Shown here: piece after piece, positions 19,202-28,323 of the stretch
How the letters are laid out: every line of letters begins with the position of its first letter
Position numbering within the stretch: position 1 is the first letter of the stretch
NCBI GenBank assembly: GCA_038883655.1
Contig: JAVZLQ010000001.1
Coordinates: 256,001 to 320,000, forward strand
Reading direction: 5' to 3'
DNA length: 64,000 nucleotides
DNA from: Candidatus Bathyarchaeia archaeon
GTDB lineage: Archaea; Thermoproteota; Bathyarchaeia; Bathyarchaeales; Bathycorpusculaceae
Notes under the pieces: model-generated
The model's input: only the letters and a program-made list of their open reading frames with translations
The model's database searches: none
Told to the model about the DNA's origin: nothing
Program-made: the position numbers and the translations under genes

Positions 19202-20512
19202 TTATCCTGGCATAAGCGTTTGGTTAAAGAACTCTCCCCTCACGTACTGATGTGGGTAAATTTTTGTTGCTGATAATATGCATCCTTCTGCTATAATAAC
19301 ATCGTCGGCAACAACCGAAACTGCGTCTATCTTTGTTTGTTTTCTTGGGTTTGAGCGCACTGTTACGTGTCTGCCGATTATGCTTTCTCTGATTTCAGCC
19401 TTTTCCTCGATTATTACTCTGTCCATTATAGCAGAATTCTCGATAACAACGTTCTTCCCAATTTTCGTGAAATTGTCAATGCACGAGTTTACTATTCTTG
19501 CGCCGTCGCTTATTTGGCAGTGTCTCCCAATTAAAACAGCGCCTTCAACCTCAATCTTCCCCTGCTTAATCTTCCTTATAATTTCCTTACGTCGCCTTTG
19601 CGACTCCACGCTTTCGCCTTGAACCCAAACCTTTGCTTCTTTGTTTATTCTTCCGCCAAAATCCCTAAGCGAGGAAAAGCGTCCATTAAGCATGTCTTGC
19701 ATGGCTTCCAAATAGCGTTTAGGCGTGCCAACATCATACCAGCACCCCTTAAGCGTATAACCGTAAACTGGTCTACCCGTCTTTATTACGTATGGAATAA
19801 AATCATAGCCGAAATCTAGGCGCTTCTTCTCCTTAATTATTTGTTTTACGCCTTTCTCCCTGAATATTTTCCTTATTTCCGGCGAAACCATATACAAGCC
19901 TGTGTTCGCCAAGTTTGAAGGAGCCTCCTTCGGCGTTGGCTTTTCCACAAAACGTGAAATGCGCATGTCCTTGTCTACGTCCGCTATTCCATAGCCCTCA
20001 ACATCTTCAACCTCCCTCAGCGCTATCGTCATTACAGCTCCCTTTTTCTGATGGAACTCCACAAGTTCTTTCAAGTTCACATCGAAAATGTTGTCGCCTT
20101 GAACCGCGAAAACCGGGTCTTTAACATTGTAGTATTCCATGTTTATTCTGGCTGAGTCTGCGCTACCATAATCCTCCACGTTTGGCTGGTATTTTATGTG
20201 GACGCGTGGCTTTATTCCGTATCTTGCGGAAAACCCATATCCAGACTCGAAATAGTCGTGCAAGTCCCTATAGTTTGTGTAGCCTTTCACTCCGAAAATG
20301 AAGTTTCTTATGCCTTGACGCGCAAGAGACAGCAAAGAGAATTCTATCAATGGCCTGTTTAGGATACGCAGGCAAGCCTTGCTTGTTTCCGCAGTTAACG
20401 GTAACAAGCGCTTCGCTTTTCCACCAACAGGAATAATTACTCTCAGTCTTTCCGAAGCGTAATTGTCATTCAAAAGTTTGCACCCTACAAACTTCATTAA
20501 TGGATAAATCAT
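19202..20512 (-). CDS. Sugar-1-phosphate nucleotidyltransferase (NDP-sugar synthase) with a C-terminal left-handed beta-helix
   Basis: GGKAKRLLPLT, FVEKP and WYDVGT motifs; hexapeptide repeats; true start probably downstream of 20512. Confidence 0.88.
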   Translation of the reverse strand: MIYPLMKFVGCKLLNDNYASERLRVIIPVGGKAKRLLPLTAETSKACLRILNRPLIEFSLLSLARQGIRNFIFGVKGYTNYRDLHDYFESGYGFSARYGIKPRVHIKYQPNVEDYGSADSARINMEYYNVKDPVFAVQGDNIFDVNLKELVEFHQKKGAVMTIALREVEDVEGYGIADVDKDMRISRFVEKPTPKEAPSNLANTGLYMVSPEIRKIFREKGVKQIIKEKKRLDFGYDFIPYVIKTGRPVYGYTLKGCWYDVGTPKRYLEAMQDMLNGRFSSLRDFGGRINKEAKVWVQGESVESQRRRKEIIRKIKQGKIEVEGAVLIGRHCQISDGARIVNSCIDNFTKIGKNVVIENSAIMDRVIIEEKAEIRESIIGRHVTVRSNPRKQTKIDAVSVVADDVIIAEGCILSATKIYPHQYVRGEFFNQTLMPG

Positions 20513-20568
20513 TAAACGTATTAAACTTTCTAATCAAAAAGTGAATTTTATAACTTTGAGGCTGGCTT

Positions 20569-21444
20569 ATGGTTATGCAAAGGCTTGATGCAATGAAGAA
20601 AATCAGCGGTTATTTGCGTTTGATACGTCCAGTCAACTGTTTAATGATGGGCTTCGCTGTAATTGTTGGCGCTGCTCTTGCGAACCCGCATGTTTTAGAT
20701 GGCAAGTGGCAAATGCTTGCCTGCGGCTTCGTTGCTGGTTTTATGTTGACTGCGGCTTCGATGGCCATAAACGACTATTACGATAGGGAAATCGACGCCG
20801 TAAACGAGCCTAACCGCCCAATTCCAAGTGGTACAGTAAAACCAAAAGAGGCGTTGATCTTCGCATCTGTTTTAACCATTATAGGCTTTGCGTCTGCTTA
20901 TCTGACAAATTACGCGTGCTTTTTCACAGCCTTGTTGGCGTGGATAATTTTTGTGACTTATACTACTGTTGGTAAGCGAAGCGGATTGCCGGGCAACTTT
21001 TTGGTTAGTACTTGTGTTGCGATTCCCTTCATTTATGGAAGTTTGGCAGTTACCGGAGAGGTTATGTTTAATGTTTTGGTTTTTGTTTCCATGGTTTTCT
21101 TGTCAAACACCGGCAGAGAAATAACAAAGGGAATTGTTGACGTTCAAGGAGACGAGGCTAAAGGGGTAAAAACTTTGGCTGTGCGTTATGGCGCGAGAAA
21201 GGCGGCGTGGGCAGCCTCCTTGTTCTATGTTTCTGCTGTTGCTTTAAGTCCTTTGCCTCCGCTTTTGATGTCAATATCTTTCTGGTTTATACCTCTTGTG
21301 GCGGTTACTGACTTTGGGCTTTTAGTGTCTTCAACCATGCTTCTGCGAGATTATTCTAGAGAAAACGCGAGGAAAATCAAGGACGCTGTTCTTCTATGGT
21401 TTGTTGCTGGGCTTTTGGCTTTTCTTGTCGGCGCTTTGGGGTGA
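20569..21444 (+). CDS. Digeranylgeranylglyceryl phosphate synthase (UbiA family)
   Basis: NDYYDREID..N.P.RPIPSG; REI.K...D..GD. Confidence 0.88.
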   Translation: MVMQRLDAMKKISGYLRLIRPVNCLMMGFAVIVGAALANPHVLDGKWQMLACGFVAGFMLTAASMAINDYYDREIDAVNEPNRPIPSGTVKPKEALIFASVLTIIGFASAYLTNYACFFTALLAWIIFVTYTTVGKRSGLPGNFLVSTCVAIPFIYGSLAVTGEVMFNVLVFVSMVFLSNTGREITKGIVDVQGDEAKGVKTLAVRYGARKAAWAASLFYVSAVALSPLPPLLMSISFWFIPLVAVTDFGLLVSSTMLLRDYSRENARKIKDAVLLWFVAGLLAFLVGALG

Positions 21445-21448
21445 GTTA

Positions 21449-22156
21449 ATGTTTGATGAAGTTTTGTGGAACGTCCTTCTGATGGCTATGTGCTATGCTT
21501 ACATTGTGCTTGTAATTGTCATCTCTAGCAAACTGAATGATTTCATGCATGTATCACGTAAGGCTTCTCGCAAGTTTCTCCATGTGATGATCGGAAACTT
21601 GCCCTTCGTAATTCCACTTTTCACATCGAATATTTACCCAACACTTGTTGCGGCGCCATTCATACTTGTAACATTTTTTGCTTCGCCTTACTCTCCGCTC
21701 AAATCTGCAAGCGAGAAAATGAAAGGTCTCGTGGGCATAACCGAGGAAGGACACAGTCTAGGACTTGTTTTTTACGCGTTTTCATACACTGTTCTGGCTT
21801 TTTTCTTTGCTTCAAAGCCCTATGTTATGGCTGCTGGCATCTTGCCAATGGCTTATGGTGACGCCTTCGCCTCAATTATCGGAGAAAGGTGTGGCAAAAC
21901 AAAGTTTAGGCTTTTAGCGAACAAAAGTGTTGAAGGTTCGGTTGCAATGTTCCTTTTCAGTTTTTCCAGCTACGCTCTGAGCCTAGCCTTCTTTTCAATA
22001 CTTTATAATTTCTCCTTCTTCGACAAACTTTTCAGCGCTGTTGTTGTTGCTTTAGTTGCAACAGTTGTTGAAGGCATTTCACCACTGGGTTTTGACAACC
22101 TGACAGTTCCAACTTTCAGCGTTTTAATGCTTGTGCTCTTGGGATGGGCTGTTTAA
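21449..22156 (+). CDS. CTP-dependent polyprenol/phytol/dolichol kinase-family membrane protein
   Basis: SRKFLH, YGDAFASIIG, KSVEGS and GFDNLTVP motifs. Confidence 0.85.
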   Translation: MFDEVLWNVLLMAMCYAYIVLVIVISSKLNDFMHVSRKASRKFLHVMIGNLPFVIPLFTSNIYPTLVAAPFILVTFFASPYSPLKSASEKMKGLVGITEEGHSLGLVFYAFSYTVLAFFFASKPYVMAAGILPMAYGDAFASIIGERCGKTKFRLLANKSVEGSVAMFLFSFSSYALSLAFFSILYNFSFFDKLFSAVVVALVATVVEGISPLGFDNLTVPTFSVLMLVLLGWAV

Positions 22157-22735
22157 TTGGTTTTCTTAGTTATCGACGGACTTGACGCATCTGGCAAGAG
22201 CACCCAAGCGGTTATGCTCCATAATTTTTTGAAGACATCTAAAAAGTCGGTTTTTCTCCGCGTTCATCCGTCAAGTGATAATTTTTTCGGAGTAAAGGCT
22301 AGGCAGTTCCTTTATCGGCATGGAAAGAGTGCTCACTTTGCTTCTGCAATTTTTTACATGCTCGACGTGTTGCGTTCAATAATGCTTTATTCATGGCGCA
22401 AATACGATTACGTAATCTTCGTCAGATATCTCATGGGAACGGCTTATCTGCCATCACCACTGCATAGAATTGCCTACCACTTTTTCGCCTTGTGGGTACC
22501 AACATCAAACTTTATGATCTTCTTGGACGTAAGCCCACTGGAAGCCTACAGGCGAATATTACAGTCGCGCAAGAGGCGTGAAATGTTTGAAAGTTTAGAA
22601 GAGCTTAAAAAGATTAGGCTTAAGGCGCTCACACTAGCCTTTGTAGACAATTGGAAAATACTAGATGCGGATAAACCAGTTGAGCATGTGCATAGAGAAA
22701 TTTTGAAAATAATTAAGGAGCAAAAGTGCGTTTAA
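22157..22735 (+). CDS. Thymidylate kinase-like P-loop kinase (divergent)
   Basis: IDGLDASGKSTQ P-loop; FLDVSP.EA..RI; the DRY motif appears as VRY. Confidence 0.75.
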   Translation: MVFLVIDGLDASGKSTQAVMLHNFLKTSKKSVFLRVHPSSDNFFGVKARQFLYRHGKSAHFASAIFYMLDVLRSIMLYSWRKYDYVIFVRYLMGTAYLPSPLHRIAYHFFALWVPTSNFMIFLDVSPLEAYRRILQSRKRREMFESLEELKKIRLKALTLAFVDNWKILDADKPVEHVHREILKIIKEQKCV

Positions 22736-22740
22736 AGCTA

Positions 22741-24135
22741 TTAATCTGGTTCTGTGTGAACAGTTACTGTTGCTTCTCTAAAGTGTTTTTTCACGTTCCT
22801 TTCTATTTTTGAAGCAATTTTATGCGCCTCTTCTATTGAGATTTGCTTTGAGAAACTACAGTCTATGCTTATGTAACGTCTATTGTCAGCAACATACGTC
22901 ACTATTCTCTTGCATCGCAAAGCTTGTGGAAACTCCTTCATTGCTTCATCGATTATTTTTCTAATTTCCTTCTCACTGACTTCTAGTGTCTTGCCCTTTT
23001 TTGTGCTGTAGGGTTCTATGTGGACTGTTACGTTTTCAACCTCGCTTATTTCACCATCTATTTTGTCCTCAATTTTTTCAGCTATCTCATGAGCTTCTTT
23101 CACTGAAAGTTTCGAGTTAACTCTTGCATGTAGAGTTATGTAAAGTCTCCCATCCATTCGCACCGCACTTATTTTATGCGTTTCCTTGACGCCTTCCACT
23201 TCTGACGCCAACTTTTCCACAAGGCTTTCGGTTTTGATTTTCTCCCTTAAAGGTTCAACGTGAATTGTCATTTCAGCTTCGCCGATGGAGCCCTTAATGT
23301 TTTCTTCAATTTTTGATGCCAACGTATGTGCCTCTTCGAGACTCATGCCCTCTGGAACCTTCACCGTGGCTTCGATGAAAGTTTTTGCGCCAACTCTTCT
23401 AACCCTTAGTCCTTCACATTCGCAAACACCGCTTGTCCCCAAAACTTCTTTGCGTACCTTCTCAACAATGTCTTTTGAGACGGCGTCGCTCAGCTCCATT
23501 CCGCTGCTCCAAATAGTCTTCACGCTTAGATAGACCAGTAGTGCGCTTAGGAACATCGAGGCTAAGGCGTCTCCATTGTAAATTCCTTGTGTTGCAAGTC
23601 CAAATCCAATCAGTGCGATTATGGTTGAGGCTAAATCTGCGATGGCGTGGTAGAATCCAACTTTTACCGTGGAGCTTTCTGCGTGAATGGCCTTTGAGAA
23701 TAGTCTAACTCTGACGAGGTCTATGCAGAAGGTGTATCCTATCGCAAAGAAGCCTGCAAGCTCGAATTCCAAATTTAGGTATGGCTGATTTCCAATTATT
23801 CGCTCTACAGCCTCGTACATTATCCATAACGCCGTTCCAATAAGAACCATGCCGCCGGCAAGTCCGCCTAGAGATTCAAATTTTTCATGCCCGTAGGTGT
23901 GTTCAGCGTCTGGTGGCTTTGAGGCTTCACGTGTTGCAAAGAAAAGCCCGAAAGTGGCTAACGCGTCAAGTAGCGCATGGAGCCCATCGCTTAGGATGGC
24001 TAAGCTAGAAACTGTTAAGCCTAAAACAATTTCAACAATAACAACGCTTGATATGGCGATTGTTGAAAGTTTAAGAACCCTCAATTTATGGCTTTTTTCT
24101 AAGGGGTTTTGCATTATTCTTCGTTTATATCGCAT
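22741..24135 (-). CDS. Cation diffusion facilitator with three tandem C-terminal metal-binding domains
   Basis: SDGLHALLD, PPD.EH.YGH.K.E and HAIAD; three EAH...HxEP repeats. Confidence 0.92.
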   Translation of the reverse strand: MRYKRRIMQNPLEKSHKLRVLKLSTIAISSVVIVEIVLGLTVSSLAILSDGLHALLDALATFGLFFATREASKPPDAEHTYGHEKFESLGGLAGGMVLIGTALWIMYEAVERIIGNQPYLNLEFELAGFFAIGYTFCIDLVRVRLFSKAIHAESSTVKVGFYHAIADLASTIIALIGFGLATQGIYNGDALASMFLSALLVYLSVKTIWSSGMELSDAVSKDIVEKVRKEVLGTSGVCECEGLRVRRVGAKTFIEATVKVPEGMSLEEAHTLASKIEENIKGSIGEAEMTIHVEPLREKIKTESLVEKLASEVEGVKETHKISAVRMDGRLYITLHARVNSKLSVKEAHEIAEKIEDKIDGEISEVENVTVHIEPYSTKKGKTLEVSEKEIRKIIDEAMKEFPQALRCKRIVTYVADNRRYISIDCSFSKQISIEEAHKIASKIERNVKKHFREATVTVHTEPD

Positions 24136-24241
24136 AAATCCCAGAGATTTAAGAGTTGTGCGTTGGCGCTACACATTTATTTATGCTTAAATCTTTAACC
24201 TACAAATAGGCTCTAGGCTGTCTAAAACAGAAAAGAGACCG

Positions 24242-25531
24242 ATGCGCATGGAGCTTGTTTCGATACAGAAAATCTTAGAAGGAAAATATGTAGGTAAGAA
24301 AGTGGCAATAAGAGGATGGGTTTACCGCAAACGCGAAGAAAAACAAACAATTTTCCTTGTTGTACGCGACGCAACTGACATAATCCAATGCACAATTAAA
24401 AAAGAAACTTCTGCATGGGAGAACGCCAAAAAAATAACAATAGAATCTTCACTGACATTAGAGGGCACGGTTAAACAGGACAAACGCGCCCCTGGAGGTT
24501 ATGAGATTTCTGTTGAAAAACTTTCGATAGTTGGGTTGGCTGAAATTTTCCCAATAACGAAAGATAAGAGCGAGGAATTTCTGCGTGATGTCCGCCATCT
24601 TTGGCTTCGCAGCCGACGCATGAACTTAATAATGAAGGTGCGAAGCGAAGTTTTGAGGCTTACACACGATTTCTTCAGACAGTCCGATTTCATTGAAGTT
24701 TCACCGCCAATGTTTATAACAAGCGCATGCGAGGGCGGCTCAACGCTTTTCGGCTTAAAATATTTTGACAGAAACTTGTATTTGACGCAAAGCGCCCAGC
24801 TTTACCTTGAAGTTTTGATTTACTCCCTTGAAAAAGTGTATTGCGTTGCACCATCCTTTAGGGCTGAAAAAAGTAGAACCATAAGACATCTGACAGAATA
24901 CTGGCACATAGAGGCTGAACAAGCATTCGCGGACATGGACGACCTTATGCGTTTGGAAGAAGAGCTCCTAGCCTACATTTGCCACGGCGCAGCCGAAAGA
25001 TGCAAAAAGGAAATTGAAGAGTTAGGCGCAGACGTTTCAAAGCTTATCTCCATAAAAACGCCGCTCCCGAGAATAACGTACACGGAGGCTATTAAAAGGT
25101 TGAACGCGAAGGGCTTCCCAATAAAGTGGGGCGAAGACATGGGTTACGATGAAGAAAAGGCTATAGCTGAAGAGTTTGGACAACCCTTCTTCATATACGA
25201 TTATCCAAAACAAATAAAGGCTTTCTACTGCAAAACACGTAGGGACAAGCCAGAAATAGCATTATCCACAGACATACTTGTCCCACGCATAGGAGAAATC
25301 TCAACGGGCGGCGCAAGAGAAGATGACAAGGACATTTTAATTGCGAGAATAAGGGAAATGGGATTAAGAGAAGAGGATTATGATTGGTACATTGACCTGC
25401 GGCGTTATGGCACTGTTCCGCACGTTGGCTTCGGAATGGGTTTGGAGAGACTCTTAACATGGATGCTTGACCTCGAAAACATAATAGACGCCATACCATT
25501 CCCGAGAACAATAAGAAGATTTTACCCGTGA
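24242..25531 (+). CDS. asnS: Asparaginyl-tRNA synthetase
   Basis: OB fold RGWV; CEGGSTLF, YLTQSAQLYLE, FRAEKSRT.RHL.E and GFGMGLER. Confidence 0.92.
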   Translation: MRMELVSIQKILEGKYVGKKVAIRGWVYRKREEKQTIFLVVRDATDIIQCTIKKETSAWENAKKITIESSLTLEGTVKQDKRAPGGYEISVEKLSIVGLAEIFPITKDKSEEFLRDVRHLWLRSRRMNLIMKVRSEVLRLTHDFFRQSDFIEVSPPMFITSACEGGSTLFGLKYFDRNLYLTQSAQLYLEVLIYSLEKVYCVAPSFRAEKSRTIRHLTEYWHIEAEQAFADMDDLMRLEEELLAYICHGAAERCKKEIEELGADVSKLISIKTPLPRITYTEAIKRLNAKGFPIKWGEDMGYDEEKAIAEEFGQPFFIYDYPKQIKAFYCKTRRDKPEIALSTDILVPRIGEISTGGAREDDKDILIARIREMGLREEDYDWYIDLRRYGTVPHVGFGMGLERLLTWMLDLENIIDAIPFPRTIRRFYP

Positions 25532-25638
25532 AGTTCACGCTGAATAGGCGAGGCGCAACATTTTTCAGAATATTAAAAAATATGTGTGTATATACTACAT
25601 TGTGAAAGTGTTTTCTTTGGAGGGAGGAACTGTTAAGG

Positions 25639-28302
25639 GTGGGTACAGAAAATCTCGACAAAATTTTTAATCCAAAAAGTGTTGCAGTTATAGGCGCAAG
25701 CGACAAAGAGGGTTCTGTAGGTGCCAGACTTCTACGAAACCTTGTTGGTGTCGGTTATCAAGGCGTTGTCTATCCCGTCAACCCCTTCAAATCCACCGTG
25801 CAGGGAATAAAAGCCTACCCAAGCATTTTAAAGATTCCTTGGCGCGTAGATCTTGCGATAATCGCAACTCCAGCACACACAATCCCCCAAATAATGGAAG
25901 AATGCGGGAAAGCTGGGGTTTCAGGAGCAATCATAATATCAGCCATATACAGGGAGACCGGAAAGGACGGAGATGCAATTGAAAGGCAGATTCTAAAATG
26001 CAAAAACGAGTATGGAATGCGTGTGATTGGACCAAACAGTTTTGGAGTCATGCGTCCAAAAATAGGGTTAAACGCAACCTTTGCGAACAAAGCTGCACTT
26101 CCAGGAAAAATAGCTTTCATATCGCAGAGCGCAGCTCTATGCGCATCCGCCCTAGACTGGGCTTCTGATGCACATATAGGCTTCAGCGCAGTTGTGTCTA
26201 CAGGATCGATGCTTGACGTTGACCTTGGAGACCTAATAGACTATTTCGGTGCAGATGCTCAAACAAGAAGCATAGTGCTTTATCTCGAATGTATAAAAAA
26301 TGCGCGGAAATTTATGAGCGCGGCAAGGGGCTTCGCGAGAGCAAAACCAATTGTTGTTGTGAAGGCTGGGCGCTTCAGTGAGAGCGTAGAGGCAACATTT
26401 TCTCATACTGGTGAGCTGTGCGGAGACGACGCTGTTTATGATGCTGCTTTTAGACGTGCTGGGATCGTCCGTGTGGAAGCATTAAGCGACCTCTTCAACT
26501 GTGCAGAGGCGTTGGCGATGCAGCCAAACCCGAAAGGTCCAAGCCTCACAATAATAACGAATGCTGGTGGACCTGGAATAATCGCGACAGATACGCTAAT
26601 TGCTAAGGGCGGAAAACTCGCGAGTTTGAGCAACGAAACAGTTAAGGCTTTAAAAGAGGTTTTGCCGCCATACTGCAGCATATCCAACCCCATCGACATT
26701 TTTGAAGAAGCTACACCAGAAAGATTCAAAAAAGTTATCGAAATTTGCCTACAAGACCCGAAAAGCGACGGCTTCTTAATTATTTACACTCCTCAAGGGG
26801 CAACAGACCCTATGACAATTGCTAGGATAATTGTTGAGGCTTCCAAAAGAACTTCAAAACCCATCTTGGCTTCGCTTCTCGGCGAGAATGGCTGCCGAAT
26901 GGCTAGGCGCATGTTGCAGAAAAATCGCATTCCAGCATTCACAACTCCAGAGCAAGCAGTCTCCACCTTCATGTACATGTACAGTTACACACAGAACCTT
27001 GAACTTCTATATCAGACTCCAGAAGAGCTCCCAATAGAATTTTCTATTCCAGCTTTTCTCAAAGAAGTTTTGAAAAAAGCTTTTGAAGAGGGAAGGCAAA
27101 TTCTGAACGTTTACGAGTCCCTACAGTTTCTTGAAGCCTACAAAATCCCTACGGTAAAGACTTTGTTTGCAAAAACTTCGGAAGAGGCGGAGGTTGCTGC
27201 TTCTCAAGTTGGGTATCCAGTGGTTATGAAGGCTGTTTCACCTCAGATAACCCACAAGTCAAGAGCCGAGGGAGTAATCCTAAACGTTTGGTCTCCAGCA
27301 GAAGTAAAAACGTTCTTTAACGAGCTGATTGAAAGAGTTAAAAAATACAGTCCGGGAGCCCAATTTCAAGGCGTCGTCATCCAACCTATGATTCAGAAGA
27401 GAGGCTATGAGCTTTTAATAGGCGTAAAGAGGGATTCACAGTTTGGCTCGGTTATAGCCTTCGGAATGGGCGGCATAGCGGCGGAAGTAGCAAAAGACAT
27501 AAGCATTGGTTTTCCGCCCTTAAATGTGGTTCTTGCAAGACGCCTTATGGAGAGAACTGCGGTATATTCTCGCTTGACAAGCGAGTTTCAGTCCGGCGCA
27601 AAAGTTCTCGAAGAAATTTTGGTGAAGTTTTCACAACTAGTGATAGATTTTCCAGAAATAAAGGAGATAGACGTAAACCCATTAATTTTTGATGGAAGTA
27701 ACGCTGTGGCTGTTGACGCTCGCATAGTAATAGACTCTGAAAGGATTACACGTGGCATTCAAGCGCATGAACACCTGGTTATAGCGCCTTACCCAAGAAA
27801 GTATATCATCGAGTGCAAGCTGAAAAACGGGGTTTGCGTAGTACTAAGACCAATAAAACCAGAAGATGAAGTTCTCCTTGCCGAGCTTTTCAAGTCCCTT
27901 TCAGAAGAAACCATGCGACTGCGATTTTTCCAGGTTATTAAAGAAATGCCACACGAAACCCTAACTAGATACTGCAATTTGGACTATGACCGTGAAATTG
28001 CCATTGTTGCCGAGGTTCAAGGAGAGAAGAGGCAAATAATAGGTGTTGTAAGGGCAATTTCGGAGCCTGGACGAAGCTGCGGAGAATTTGCCGTGATTGT
28101 GGGCGACCAGTGGCAGGGGCTTGGTCTCGGCTCAAAGCTTGTAGATTATATCATTGAGATTTGCAAAGAAATGGGATTAAGAACCATGTATGGCATTGTT
28201 TCGACAAACAACTCCAGAATGATTCATATATGCACGAAGAGAGGTTTCCATATGGAACCCTATGGCGAAGACCTTGTTAAGGCAACGCTTAACCTAACTT
28301 AA
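25639..28302 (+). CDS. NDP-forming acyl-CoA synthetase-like domain fused to a C-terminal GNAT (Pat/PatZ-type protein acetyltransferase)
   Basis: CoA-binding GASDK; SQS..L; SHTG; NAGGPG; ATP-grasp ending DVNPL; then LRPIKPED...EFAVIV.DQWQGLGLG GNAT. Confidence 0.9.
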   Translation: MGTENLDKIFNPKSVAVIGASDKEGSVGARLLRNLVGVGYQGVVYPVNPFKSTVQGIKAYPSILKIPWRVDLAIIATPAHTIPQIMEECGKAGVSGAIIISAIYRETGKDGDAIERQILKCKNEYGMRVIGPNSFGVMRPKIGLNATFANKAALPGKIAFISQSAALCASALDWASDAHIGFSAVVSTGSMLDVDLGDLIDYFGADAQTRSIVLYLECIKNARKFMSAARGFARAKPIVVVKAGRFSESVEATFSHTGELCGDDAVYDAAFRRAGIVRVEALSDLFNCAEALAMQPNPKGPSLTIITNAGGPGIIATDTLIAKGGKLASLSNETVKALKEVLPPYCSISNPIDIFEEATPERFKKVIEICLQDPKSDGFLIIYTPQGATDPMTIARIIVEASKRTSKPILASLLGENGCRMARRMLQKNRIPAFTTPEQAVSTFMYMYSYTQNLELLYQTPEELPIEFSIPAFLKEVLKKAFEEGRQILNVYESLQFLEAYKIPTVKTLFAKTSEEAEVAASQVGYPVVMKAVSPQITHKSRAEGVILNVWSPAEVKTFFNELIERVKKYSPGAQFQGVVIQPMIQKRGYELLIGVKRDSQFGSVIAFGMGGIAAEVAKDISIGFPPLNVVLARRLMERTAVYSRLTSEFQSGAKVLEEILVKFSQLVIDFPEIKEIDVNPLIFDGSNAVAVDARIVIDSERITRGIQAHEHLVIAPYPRKYIIECKLKNGVCVVLRPIKPEDEVLLAELFKSLSEETMRLRFFQVIKEMPHETLTRYCNLDYDREIAIVAEVQGEKRQIIGVVRAISEPGRSCGEFAVIVGDQWQGLGLGSKLVDYIIEICKEMGLRTMYGIVSTNNSRMIHICTKRGFHMEPYGEDLVKATLNLT

Positions 28303-28323
28303 AATCAAAAAAGAAATGGAAAG

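Noticed and set aside
19202-20512. ADP-glucose pyrophosphorylase (glgC) call from the DFGYDFIP motif
   Set aside because: Similar motifs occur in other NDP-sugar synthases and no glycogen genes are adjacent; specificity cannot be assigned by eye
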